Source: an uncultured Bacilli bacterium
GTDB lineage: Bacteria; Bacillota_I; Bacilli_A; RF39; UBA660
DNA length: 64,000 nucleotides
NCBI GenBank assembly: GCA_934096555.1
Contig: CAKOMD010000002.1
Coordinates: 3,128-67,127, forward strand
Direction of reading: 5' to 3'
Shown: piece after piece, positions 55,721-64,000 of the stretch
Numbering within the stretch: position 1 is the first letter of the stretch
How the letters are laid out: every line of letters begins with the position of its first letter
The notes under the pieces: generated by a model
Told to the model about the DNA's origin: nothing
The model's input: the letters and a program-made list of their open reading frames with translations, nothing else
Databases searched by the model: none
Translations under genes and position numbers: made by a program

Positions 55721-56707
55721 ATGGGGAAAATTCTTAGTAGAATAAATAAAAGAGCAAAGTTAAAAGTATATAGAAAAGCTAGGGAAAACTATCTAAAAAG
55801 ATTCATTTGTGATATTGGTAAGATTACTGAAGAAGAAGATAGGATTATATGTTATGTTAAACAAAAACCGCTAAATAAATACAAAGGAAACGAAGAAACA
55901 TATAATATAAAACTTAATGGTATGGATTTAATAACTGAAGGTATTAAAGAAATAACTGAAGAGTTTAAATTAAATAAACCAGTATATTATATATTTGATG
56001 ATATTAAGTTTAATACTAGCTTAGAAATAACTTCTATAGGAGCCAATATAATATTTAGAAATTGTACTTTTGATAAGAATATAGATATTTGTTGTGGTAA
56101 CGAAATAACTTTTGAAAATAATAAATATGCTAGTAACTGTCAAGTATCGTATCTTGGCGATTGCTATTTTACTACAGGTATGGTAAGCAAAATAACATTT
56201 AAAAATGATAAATTTATAAATAATGGTAATTTAAATGAATATAATGGTTTATCTTTTGACATGAAAATAGATGCTAAATTAGTTGAATTTATAAATGCTG
56301 AAGTAGCCGCTGAAAGTACATCTATGATAAAAATTAAAGCCGAAAAGACAAGAATTGATAGTTCTATACTTAAAGCAAATAAAGTTTTTATAGATTCAAA
56401 AAGTATCGACTGTACTGATAGTTCAATAATTGCTCAAGATGTTGTAATTGAAAATGTCAAACATATTTTTGCAAGTACCAAGGGTGATTCACATGCCTTT
56501 TATTCAGAACGAAATTTAACCAGTAATATAAATAAAGTATCTAAAGAAAGTAAGGAAGAATTATCCTTAAAAGAAGCTAGACAAGAGCTAATTAAAAAGT
56601 TACAAAGTCTAAGTAATTATTGCCAGCAGATAAATGACGATAGACTTCAAAAAGATAGAGAAAAATATAATAATCAAACAATTGTTAAAACGTTAAAACT
56701 AAGATAA
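55721..56707 (+). CDS. hypothetical protein with beta-solenoid-like internal periodicity and C-terminal coiled coil
   Basis: 328 aa. Recurring short blocks (IIFRNCTF, ITFENNKY, ITFKNDKF, VEFINAEV, TRIDSSIL, VFIDSKSI, VVIENV) occur every ~15-25 residues. Good RBS (AAAGGAGAAG). Confidence 0.55.
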   Translation: MGKILSRINKRAKLKVYRKARENYLKRFICDIGKITEEEDRIICYVKQKPLNKYKGNEETYNIKLNGMDLITEGIKEITEEFKLNKPVYYIFDDIKFNTSLEITSIGANIIFRNCTFDKNIDICCGNEITFENNKYASNCQVSYLGDCYFTTGMVSKITFKNDKFINNGNLNEYNGLSFDMKIDAKLVEFINAEVAAESTSMIKIKAEKTRIDSSILKANKVFIDSKSIDCTDSSIIAQDVVIENVKHIFASTKGDSHAFYSERNLTSNINKVSKESKEELSLKEARQELIKKLQSLSNYCQQINDDRLQKDREKYNNQTIVKTLKLR

Positions 56708-56795
56708 AATATGAAGAAAAAACAATCAAAGTAATGAAGATTAATATATCTTTTGATGTAGTTTATGGTATAATATAAATCAAGGAGACATTAGA

Positions 56796-57332
56796 ATGGG
56801 AAAAATAGAAAATCTTTTTATATTAAATAATGGTGCGTTTGATGGCGTATTATTTAGTACTGATAATTATAGTATTGAAAATAAATTAGAAGATTGTTTT
56901 TGTGTAGAAAACATGAGAACATGCACTAATCCTAAAATATATGTTACTGAAAAGAAAAATGGTGAGTGGGTTAGAACAATATATATTGATGGCTATGAAT
57001 CACTTATGGATTTTATTGCCAATAATAGATTAAGTATTATGTGTATAAGAGGCTTTGATAGAAAGACTATGAATCAATTTATATCAAAGCTTAATAAAAC
57101 AAAAGATACAAGTATTGTACCGATTAAATTTTCAAATGTTGCAGAGCAAGCAAAATACGAAAGACACTTAATTACTAAAAAATATAGAATGAAAAGGGTA
57201 CATCAAAAACTAGAAAGTATAAATGAAATTGCATCAGCAGAAGACTATATGAAAATGTTAAATAGTGCCTTTAACAAAGGAAAACATGAATCACGTAAAA
57301 AAATTATAAACCTAAAAAGAGACAGAAAATAA
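56796..57332 (+). CDS. hypothetical protein (178 aa, basic C-terminus)
   Basis: Good RBS (AAGGAGA). No family recognised. Confidence 0.55.
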   Translation: MGKIENLFILNNGAFDGVLFSTDNYSIENKLEDCFCVENMRTCTNPKIYVTEKKNGEWVRTIYIDGYESLMDFIANNRLSIMCIRGFDRKTMNQFISKLNKTKDTSIVPIKFSNVAEQAKYERHLITKKYRMKRVHQKLESINEIASAEDYMKMLNSAFNKGKHESRKKIINLKRDRK

Positions 57333-57339
57333 AAATTAA

Positions 57340-57392
57340 CAAGGAAGACCATAGGGCTTCCTTGTTTCTCTTAAGACTGCAGGCTTAAGAGA
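57340..57392 (+). repeat. paired-hairpin intergenic element, locus 6 (inverse orientation)
   Basis: CAAGGAAG-ACCATAGGG-CTTCCTTG (57340-64), TT, then TCTCTTAAG-ACTGCAGG-CTTAAGAGA (57367-92). Confidence 0.85.
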
Positions 57393-57396
57393 CAAT

Positions 57397-57425
57397 AAAA
57401 AAAAACTAACTCATTCATGAGTTAG
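57397..57425 (-). terminator. rho-independent terminator of tRNA-Met
   Basis: CTAACTCA / TGAGTTAG stem. The + strand A9 run (57397-405) becomes the T-tract on the minus strand, downstream of the tRNA. Confidence 0.6.
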
Positions 57426-57438
57426 TAGTAAACAATAT

Positions 57439-57515
57439 TGGTAGCGAGAGGGGGATTCGAACCCTCGACCCTTCGGGTATGAACCGAATGCTCTAGCCAA
57501 CTGAGCTATCTCGCC
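57439..57515 (-). tRNA. tRNA with CAT anticodon (elongator Met, or Ile2 if lysidine-modified)
   Basis: The reverse complement is GGCGAGATAGCTCAGTTGGCTAGAGCATTCGGTTCATACCCGAAGGGTCGAGGGTTCGAATCCCCCTCTCGCTACCA. It gives a 77-nt cloverleaf with anticodon loop TTCATAC and CCA encoded. One A:C mismatch in the T stem and a G1:U72 pair were noted. Confidence 0.85.
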
Positions 57516-57571
57516 GTGAAACGTAATATAATTATATTACATTTTTTTTGGTTTGGCAAGTACTTTTTTAA

Positions 57572-58453
57572 TTATTTATACAATTCTTTATTTAAAAGAT
57601 CTAAATTGTTGTTCATAATAGTTATATAATTCTCATTAGAATTAGTAATTCCACCATCAATAGTTTCCATAGTATTTAAAGTAACTAAATCAATACCATA
57701 GTTATCAATAATACTTTTACAAATATCATTAGTTTCATCTTTCGAAGAATATATATATTTAATAGTACCATTATTAACTAATTTTTTAACCTCATTAATA
57801 GTACTATCAGTTAAATTATCATTATCTTCAAGAGATATAACTCTTAAATTATATTTTTCCAAAAATTTAAACATATCATTATCAACAACAATAGTTTTAT
57901 AAGTAGCAAGATTAATATCTTCTTTATAATCAGCATCCAATCTAGATAAATTATATTTTAATTCTTCATATTTATCCTCAATACCAGTACCATCAGAATT
58001 AGATATCAAATAAGGATTATCAATATATTCAAGTAAACCATCTTTAGTATTTTGTGCCATCATCAAATAATTATAAGGATTAAGCCATAGTTCAGTAATA
58101 TCATTGGCATAAGTAATACCAAGAGACACATCAATAACTTTTAAATTTTTATTCTTATTTATCATTTTAACAGCGTAGTCTCTATCTTTATCCAAACTAT
58201 TAAATACAAATAAATCAGTCTTAGAATATTCTTCAAGTTTTTTATCAGATAATTCATAATCAGCAGTATCAACTCCTGATGGATAAATACTATTTATCGT
58301 AGCATTATCTCCATACAAACTATCCAGTAAATACTTAATAGGGTAGATAGTCGTATAAATAGTTATATCCTCCATAGAGTCTTTAGTTATACTACATCCT
58401 GGGGTTATTAATATTATTAAAAGTGCTAAAATTAAAAATTTTTTTATTTTCAT
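57572..58453 (-). CDS. cluster A-I (ZnuA/TroA-like) substrate-binding lipoprotein homolog, orphan
   Basis: Lipobox LITPGC and overall ZnuA-like order (IYTTIYPIKYLLDSL..., DLFVFNS, ...WLNPYN...). The usual His ligands appear replaced (DTADYE, TELWL). No ABC permease or ATPase genes are adjacent. Confidence 0.6.
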   Translation of the reverse strand: MKIKKFLILALLIILITPGCSITKDSMEDITIYTTIYPIKYLLDSLYGDNATINSIYPSGVDTADYELSDKKLEEYSKTDLFVFNSLDKDRDYAVKMINKNKNLKVIDVSLGITYANDITELWLNPYNYLMMAQNTKDGLLEYIDNPYLISNSDGTGIEDKYEELKYNLSRLDADYKEDINLATYKTIVVDNDMFKFLEKYNLRVISLEDNDNLTDSTINEVKKLVNNGTIKYIYSSKDETNDICKSIIDNYGIDLVTLNTMETIDGGITNSNENYITIMNNNLDLLNKELYK

Positions 58454-58622
58454 TATATTATTTCCTTCTTTCTATTACTATAATAATATTACTATATTTT
58501 TATTTTTTTGTAAATAGAGTAGAGATAATTTATTTTTATCTTCATAATGTAAGTAAAAAGCATAATAATATAAAAAATTGCATAAAATATTGCGTATTTT
58601 CCTAAAAAGTAGATAAAAGGTA

Positions 58623-58651
58623 TTGACTTTAAAAGACAATAATATTATAAT
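58623..58651 (+). promoter_or_regulatory. promoter of the rpsL-rpsG-fusA(-tuf) operon
   Basis: TTGACT (58623-28), 17-nt spacer, TATAAT (58646-51), followed by a ~95-nt leader with the hairpin GTTTTGTC..GGCAAAAC. Confidence 0.6.
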
Positions 58652-58746
58652 TAAATCACTTGCGAGTTTAGGTTTTGTCATGGGCAAAACTTAAATTTAA
58701 GGAAGAATATGAAACACCAGGATATGTGTAAGAAAGGAGTGAGATT

Positions 58747-59160
58747 ATGCCTACAATTAATCAGTTAACTAAGAAGCCAAGAACTAAGAAAACTAGAAAG
58801 AGTAAATCTCCAGTATTATTAGTTGGTAAAAATAGTATTCAAAAGAAACAAACAATCCAAGTATCACCTCAAAAAAGAGGAGTATGTACTAGGGTTGGTA
58901 CTATTACCCCTAAGAAGCCAAACTCAGCATTAAGAAAATATGCCAGAGTAAGACTTTCTAATGGTATGGAAGTTACTTGCTATATTCCAGGAATTGGCCA
59001 CAACTTACAAGAACACAGTGTTGTTTTAATAAGAGGTGGAAGAGTTAAAGACCTAATTGGTGTTAGATATCACATCATTAGAGGTACTTTAGATACTGCT
59101 GGAGTTCAAAACAGAAAGCAAGGTAGAAGTAAATACGGTGCTAAAAAAGACAAAAAATAA
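58747..59160 (+). CDS. rpsL: 30S ribosomal protein S12
   Basis: MPTINQL...[61 protein letters not shown]. Confidence 0.97.
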   Translation: MPTINQLTKKPRTKKTRKSKSPVLLVGKNSIQKKQTIQVSPQKRGVCTRVGTITPKKPNSALRKYARVRLSNGMEVTCYIPGIGHNLQEHSVVLIRGGRVKDLIGVRYHIIRGTLDTAGVQNRKQGRSKYGAKKDKK

Positions 59161-59194
59161 AAATTAATAATATTGGAAGGAGGATATAAAGATT

Positions 59195-59662
59195 ATGAGA
59201 AAAAGAAGAGCTACTAAAAGAGATGTTTTAGCAGATCCTATATATAATTCAAAAGTAGTTACTAAATTAGTTAACCATATCATGAAAGATGGTAAAAAAG
59301 GTACTGCTCAAAACATTATATATGATGCTTTTGATATAATCAAAGAAAAAACTGGTGAAGATGCTATGGTAGTATTTAACAAGGCTATGGATAACATTAA
59401 ACCTGCTCTTGAAGTTAAATCAAGAAGAGTTGGTGGAGCTAACTACCAAGTACCAGTAGAAGTTAAGCCAGATAGAGCACAAGCACTAGCATTCAGATGG
59501 CTTGCTCAATATGCAAGATTAAGAAATGGTCATTCTATGGCTGAAAATCTTGCTAACGAAATAATTGATGCATCTAACGGAACAGGTGCTTCAGTTAAGA
59601 AGAAAGACGATACACACAAGATGGCAGAAGCTAATAAAGCATTTGCTCATTATAGATGGTAA
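59195..59662 (+). CDS. rpsG: 30S ribosomal protein S7
   Basis: 155 aa with DPIYNS..V.KL.N.IM.DGKK..A..I.Y.AF...E and a C-terminal ...KAFAHYRW. Confidence 0.97.
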   Translation: MRKRRATKRDVLADPIYNSKVVTKLVNHIMKDGKKGTAQNIIYDAFDIIKEKTGEDAMVVFNKAMDNIKPALEVKSRRVGGANYQVPVEVKPDRAQALAFRWLAQYARLRNGHSMAENLANEIIDASNGTGASVKKKDDTHKMAEANKAFAHYRW

Positions 59663-59678
59663 GAAAGGAAAATGAATT

Positions 59679-61751
59679 ATGGCTCGTGAAATAAGCTTAG
59701 ATCATACAAGAAACATTGGAATCATGGCCCATATCGATGCAGGTAAAACAACTTGTACTGAGAGAATTCTATTCCATACACATAAGATTCACAAGATTGG
59801 TGAAACTCATGATGGTGAATCTCAAATGGACTGGATGGCTCAAGAGCAAGAAAGAGGTATTACAATTACTAGTGCCGCTACTACTGCATTCTGGAAGGGT
59901 TATAGATTCAATATAATAGATACTCCAGGACACGTTGACTTCACAATCGAAGTACAAAGAAGTTTAAGAGTATTAGATGGTGCTGTTTTACTTATTGATG
60001 CTCAAGCTGGTGTAGAACCACAAAGTGAGACAGTATGGAGACAAGCAAATGAATATGGTGTACCTAGAATTATATTTGCTAATAAAATGGATAAAATGGG
60101 AGCAGATTTCTATTTTAGCTTAGGTACAATCAAAGATAGATTAGGAGCAAATACTGCTGCTCTAGAACTTCCTATCGGAGCTGAATCAGATTTTAATGGT
60201 GTAATTGACCTAGTTACTATGAAAGCATATCACTTTGATGGTAAACAAGAAGAAAATTATACTGAAATAGAGATTCCTGAAGATATGAAGGCTAAAGCAG
60301 AAGAATATAGAAATATATTAATTGAAGCTGCTGCTGATTTTGACGAAGATTTAATGATGAAATATCTTGATGGTGAAGAAGTTACTGTAGAAGAACTTAA
60401 GAAAGCTATCAGAAAAGGTGTATTAAAAGCAGAATTCTTCCCAGTTATGTGTGGAACTGCTTTAGGTAATATGGGTGTTAAGTTATTACTTGATGCTGTA
60501 GTAGATTACTTACCAGCTCCTACTGATGTTCCATCAATTGAATGTACTGATATGAAAGGTAATGTTGTATTAAGACACCCATCAGATTCAGAACCATTTA
60601 CAGCATTAGCATTTAAGATTGCTACTGACCCATTCGTAGGAAGATTAACATTCTTCAGAGTATATTCTGGTACTTTAAAGAGTGGTTCTTATGTACTTAA
60701 CTCTACTAAAGATGTTAAGGAAAGAATTGGTAGAATATTGTTAATGCATGCTAATCACAGAGAAGAAATTCCAGAAATATATGCTGGTGAAATTGGTGCT
60801 GCAGTAGGACTTAAGAATACTACAACTGCTGATACTCTATGTGATGAAAAGAAACCAGTAATAATGAAAGGTATGGAATTCCCAGAACCAGTTATTACTC
60901 AGGCTGTTGAACCAAAAACAAAAGCAGACCAAGAGAAGATGGCAATTGCCCTTCAAAAACTTGCTGAAGAAGATCCAACATTTAGAATGCATACAGATCC
61001 AGAAACTGGTCAAACAACTATTTCTGGTATGGGTGAATTACACCTTGATATCATCGTAGATAGAATGAGAAGAGAATTTAATGTTGAAGCTACAGTTGGT
61101 GCACCAATGGTTGCATACAGAGAAACAATCACTCAAATGGGTGAATGTGAAGGTAAACACATTAAACAATCAGGTGGACGTGGACAATACGGACATGTTT
61201 GGGTTAGATTTGAACCAAATCCTGAAAAAGGTTATGAATTCGTTGATAACATTGTTGGTGGTGTAGTTCCTAGAGAATACATTTCAGTTATCGATAAAGG
61301 ACTTCAAGAAGCAATGCAAACTGGTATTTTAGCAGGTTACCCAATGGTAGATGTTAAAGCTACATTATTCGATGGATCATACCACGATGTAGACTCATCA
61401 GAAATGGCATTTAAGATTGCTGCTTCACTTGCAGTAAAAGAAATGAGAAATAAATGTAAACCAGTATTGCTTGAACCAATAATGAAAGTAGTAGTTACTG
61501 CTCCAGACGAATACACTGGTGCTGTAATCGGCGACTTAACTGCAAGACGTGGTAAACCACAAGGACAAGAATCTAGAGGAAACGCTATTGCATTCACTGC
61601 AATGGTACCACTAGCAGAAATGTTCGGTTATGCAACTAGTTTAAGAAGTTCTACTCAAGGTAGAGGAAACTATGTAATGGAACTAGATCATTACGAAGAA
61701 GTTCCAAAATCAATTGCTGATGAAATCATCAAAAAAAATGGTGGAAATTAG
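59679..61751 (+). CDS. fusA: elongation factor G
   Basis: [38 protein letters not shown] and NKMD are present. 690 aa. Confidence 0.97.
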   Translation: MAREISLDHTRNIGIMAHIDAGKTTCTERILFHTHKIHKIGETHDGESQMDWMAQEQERGITITSAATTAFWKGYRFNIIDTPGHVDFTIEVQRSLRVLDGAVLLIDAQAGVEPQSETVWRQANEYGVPRIIFANKMDKMGADFYFSLGTIKDRLGANTAALELPIGAESDFNGVIDLVTMKAYHFDGKQEENYTEIEIPEDMKAKAEEYRNILIEAAADFDEDLMMKYLDGEEVTVEELKKAIRKGVLKAEFFPVMCGTALGNMGVKLLLDAVVDYLPAPTDVPSIECTDMKGNVVLRHPSDSEPFTALAFKIATDPFVGRLTFFRVYSGTLKSGSYVLNSTKDVKERIGRILLMHANHREEIPEIYAGEIGAAVGLKNTTTADTLCDEKKPVIMKGMEFPEPVITQAVEPKTKADQEKMAIALQKLAEEDPTFRMHTDPETGQTTISGMGELHLDIIVDRMRREFNVEATVGAPMVAYRETITQMGECEGKHIKQSGGRGQYGHVWVRFEPNPEKGYEFVDNIVGGVVPREYISVIDKGLQEAMQTGILAGYPMVDVKATLFDGSYHDVDSSEMAFKIAASLAVKEMRNKCKPVLLEPIMKVVVTAPDEYTGAVIGDLTARRGKPQGQESRGNAIAFTAMVPLAEMFGYATSLRSSTQGRGNYVMELDHYEEVPKSIADEIIKKNGGN

Positions 61752-61760
61752 TAAAAATAC

Positions 61761-61788
61761 TTGAAAAATAATAATAATATGATAAAAT
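61761..61788 (+). promoter_or_regulatory. internal promoter upstream of tuf
   Basis: TTGAAA (61761-66), 16-nt spacer ending TGA, TAAAAT (61783-88). Confidence 0.4.
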
Positions 61789-61822
61789 AGAATATGTAAA
61801 TTAAGAAAGAGAGGAAATTATT

Positions 61823-63007
61823 ATGGCAAAAGCTAAATTTGATCGTTCAAAACCACACGTTAACATTGGTACTATCGGCCACGTTGACCATGGTAAAACA
61901 ACATTAACAGCTGCTATTACAAAAGTATTATCAGCTAAAGGCGGAGCAGAATTCATGGATTATGCAAACATTGATAAAGCTCCAGAAGAAAGAGAAAGAG
62001 GTATTACAATCAACACTGCACACGTTGAATACCAAACTGAAAAGAGACACTATGCTCACGTTGACTGTCCAGGACACGCAGACTATGTTAAAAACATGAT
62101 TACTGGTGCTGCTCAAATGGATGGAGCAATCCTAGTTATTGCTGCAACTGATGGTCCTATGGCTCAAACAAGAGAGCACATCTTACTTGCTAGACAAGTT
62201 GGTGTACCTAGAATGGTTGTATTCTTAAATAAATGTGATATGGTTGATGATGAAGAATTATTAGACCTAGTTGAAATGGAAGTAAGAGAATTACTTACTG
62301 AATACGGATTTGATGGAGACAATACTCCAATCATTAGAGGTTCTGCTCTTAAAGCTCTTGAAGGAGATCCTAAGTATGTTAAGGCTATCGAAGACTTAAT
62401 GGATGCTGTTGATGAATGGATTCCAACTCCTGAAAGAGATAATGACAAACCATTCTTAATGTCAATTGAAGACGTATTTACTATTACTGGTAGAGGAACA
62501 GTTGTTACTGGTAGAGTTGAAAGAGGACAATTAAAACTTAATGATGAAGTTGAAATCGTTGGTTTAAAAGATACTAAGAAAACAGTTGTTACTGGTATTG
62601 AAATGTTTAGAAAACAACTTGACTATGCTGAAGCTGGAGATAATGCTGGTGTATTATTAAGAGGAATCGACAGAAGTGAAGTTGAAAGAGGACAAGTTCT
62701 TGCTAAACCTGGATCAGTTCATCCACATAAGAAATTTAAAGCACAAGTTTATGTACTTTCTAAAGAAGAAGGTGGAAGACATACTCCATTCTTTACAAAC
62801 TATAGACCTCAATTCTATTTCAGAACTACTGATGTTACTGGTGTAGTTACATTACCAGAAGGAACTGAAATGGTTATGCCTGGTGACAATGTTACTATGA
62901 CAGTTGAATTAATTGCTCCAATCGCAGTTGAAAACGGAACTAAGTTCTCAATTCGTGAAGGTGGACACACTGTTGGTGCTGGTTCAGTAACTAACATTAT
63001 TGAATAA
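61823..63007 (+). CDS. tuf: elongation factor Tu
   Basis: [27 protein letters not shown] and NKCD are present. 394 aa. Confidence 0.98.
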   Translation: MAKAKFDRSKPHVNIGTIGHVDHGKTTLTAAITKVLSAKGGAEFMDYANIDKAPEERERGITINTAHVEYQTEKRHYAHVDCPGHADYVKNMITGAAQMDGAILVIAATDGPMAQTREHILLARQVGVPRMVVFLNKCDMVDDEELLDLVEMEVRELLTEYGFDGDNTPIIRGSALKALEGDPKYVKAIEDLMDAVDEWIPTPERDNDKPFLMSIEDVFTITGRGTVVTGRVERGQLKLNDEVEIVGLKDTKKTVVTGIEMFRKQLDYAEAGDNAGVLLRGIDRSEVERGQVLAKPGSVHPHKKFKAQVYVLSKEEGGRHTPFFTNYRPQFYFRTTDVTGVVTLPEGTEMVMPGDNVTMTVELIAPIAVENGTKFSIREGGHTVGAGSVTNIIE

Positions 63008-63016
63008 TTAAATTAA

Positions 63017-63043
63017 AAGGTACTCATTTGAGTATCTTTTTTT
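63017..63043 (+). terminator. rho-independent terminator after tuf
   Basis: AAGGTACTC / GAGTATCTT stem (one G:T pair) followed by a T-tract. Confidence 0.7.
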
Positions 63044-63114
63044 GTAATAAATCATTTGCATTAAATACTACTTTATGGTAAAATTACATATAGAGTAGAA
63101 TAGAACATGATTAC

Positions 63115-63924
63115 ATGAATCAAAAGAGAATAGTAATAGTTATTTCTATCATTTTATTAGTAATTATAATTTCACTAGGAATAGTAAAGTTATATCAAAC
63201 ATATGCTTTAAACAATTATATTGGTAGTACTACTAATACCGGTATTGATGTATATGTTAATGACGATTCCTAGTTTCTATTCCTGCGAATAGTTCAAGTA
63301 GTGTCTATTATATGCTAACAAATACAAATCCAGGTACTATAAAGTATGGCGTAGCCTATGAAACAACATCAGGTATAACAGTAAAAGTATTATAGTACCT
63401 CAAAAGATTTACCTAGTGGTACAATAGAAGAAAACGAAAGAAAATATATCAGATTACGAATAAAAAATACCAATAGCACATCCAAAACAAAAAAACTATC
63501 TACAATATTAGGCTATGAAAATAGTAAAACAATATTTACAAACCAAATATATGCTTATGAAAGAGGAACAACAGTATATTCAGGAAGAACAACAACATGG
63601 ACTGGTAACATAGGTCTAATATATCCATCAGATTATGGTTATGCTGCAGACTTAAGTAGCTGTACACAAAATTTATACAATTATGACAATACATCATGTA
63701 AAAATAACGATTGGATGTATAATGGCGTTATCCAATGGACAATAACACAAAATTCAGCTCGTTCATATGGTACTTGGGGAATAAGTTCAACAAACCATAT
63801 AAATAGCCTTAGTAATGTATATGCCTCCTACGGCGTTCACTCAGTAGTTTTTCTAGATTCAGATTTAGCCATAGAAGTAGGAGATGGTACTTCAAGTAAT
63901 CCATATCAATTATCTGAGAATTAA
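63115..63924 (+). pseudogene. disrupted paralog of the N-anchored secreted protein family (see 7269..8801)
   Basis: ATG 63115 gives MNQKRIVIVISIILLVIIISLGIVKLYQTYAL...VNDDS* (stop ~63269). The reading continues in other frames (VSIPANSSSSVYYMLTNTNPGTIKYGVAYETTSGITVKVL*, then ...LPSGTIEENERKYIRLRIKN...WTGNIGLIYPSDYGYAADLSSC...YGVHSVVFLDSDL...GDGTSSNPYQL). At least two frame disruptions are present. Confidence 0.7.
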
Positions 63925-64000
63925 TAATTTTAATAACAATAATATTGCATAAAATATATCTTTATGATAAAATTAATTTATAGAATAGAGAGTGATTATA

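Overview
This is a 64-kb chromosomal segment from a very AT-rich, endospore-forming Bacillota (Firmicutes) genome. The sporulation genes present are spoVS and spoVAC/AD/AE. Almost all genes lie on the + strand.

Core content, in order:
- tgt (3' end), rplS and lepB
- rbgA, a CDP-alcohol phosphatidyltransferase and deoD
- an M16 peptidase pair
- a SEDS protein with ftsA, ftsZ and rpoZ
- spoVS, queA and tRNA-Leu
- nrdD, nrdG, trmB and rnc
- a DAHP synthase, ddl and glmM
- uvrB, an IreB-like protein, ruvX and mltG
- spoVAC, spoVAD and spoVAE
- an OatA-like acyltransferase, a HelD-like helicase and tRNA-Met
- the rpsL-rpsG-fusA-tuf operon

No CRISPR array, rRNA gene, integrase, transposase or reverse transcriptase was seen.

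Observations that ordinary annotation would miss:
1. A family of tandem paired hairpins sits at seven intergenic loci. The stems vary in a compensatory way, but the apex is conserved and strand-asymmetric, which resembles REP/BIME elements.
2. Two adjacent hydrolase-lipoprotein cassettes share a near-identical two-TM N-terminal module. Their C-terminal cell-wall hydrolase domains are unrelated (CHAP versus papain/C39-like).
3. In nrdD, the C-terminal glycyl-radical domain is a separate 56-codon ORF. It lies in the same frame, behind a single TAA, and has its own Shine-Dalgarno sequence.
4. A RhuM-family gene is nested inside a ~98-nt direct duplication of the uvrB start. A second, decayed RhuM copy lies elsewhere in the window.
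5. A ~250-bp nearly T-free A-tract block lies upstream of the nrdD promoter.
6. Ribosomal protein S12 carries Ile at the normally invariant Pro of the KDLPGVRYH motif.

All calls come from reading the translations and the DNA by eye. No database search was run.
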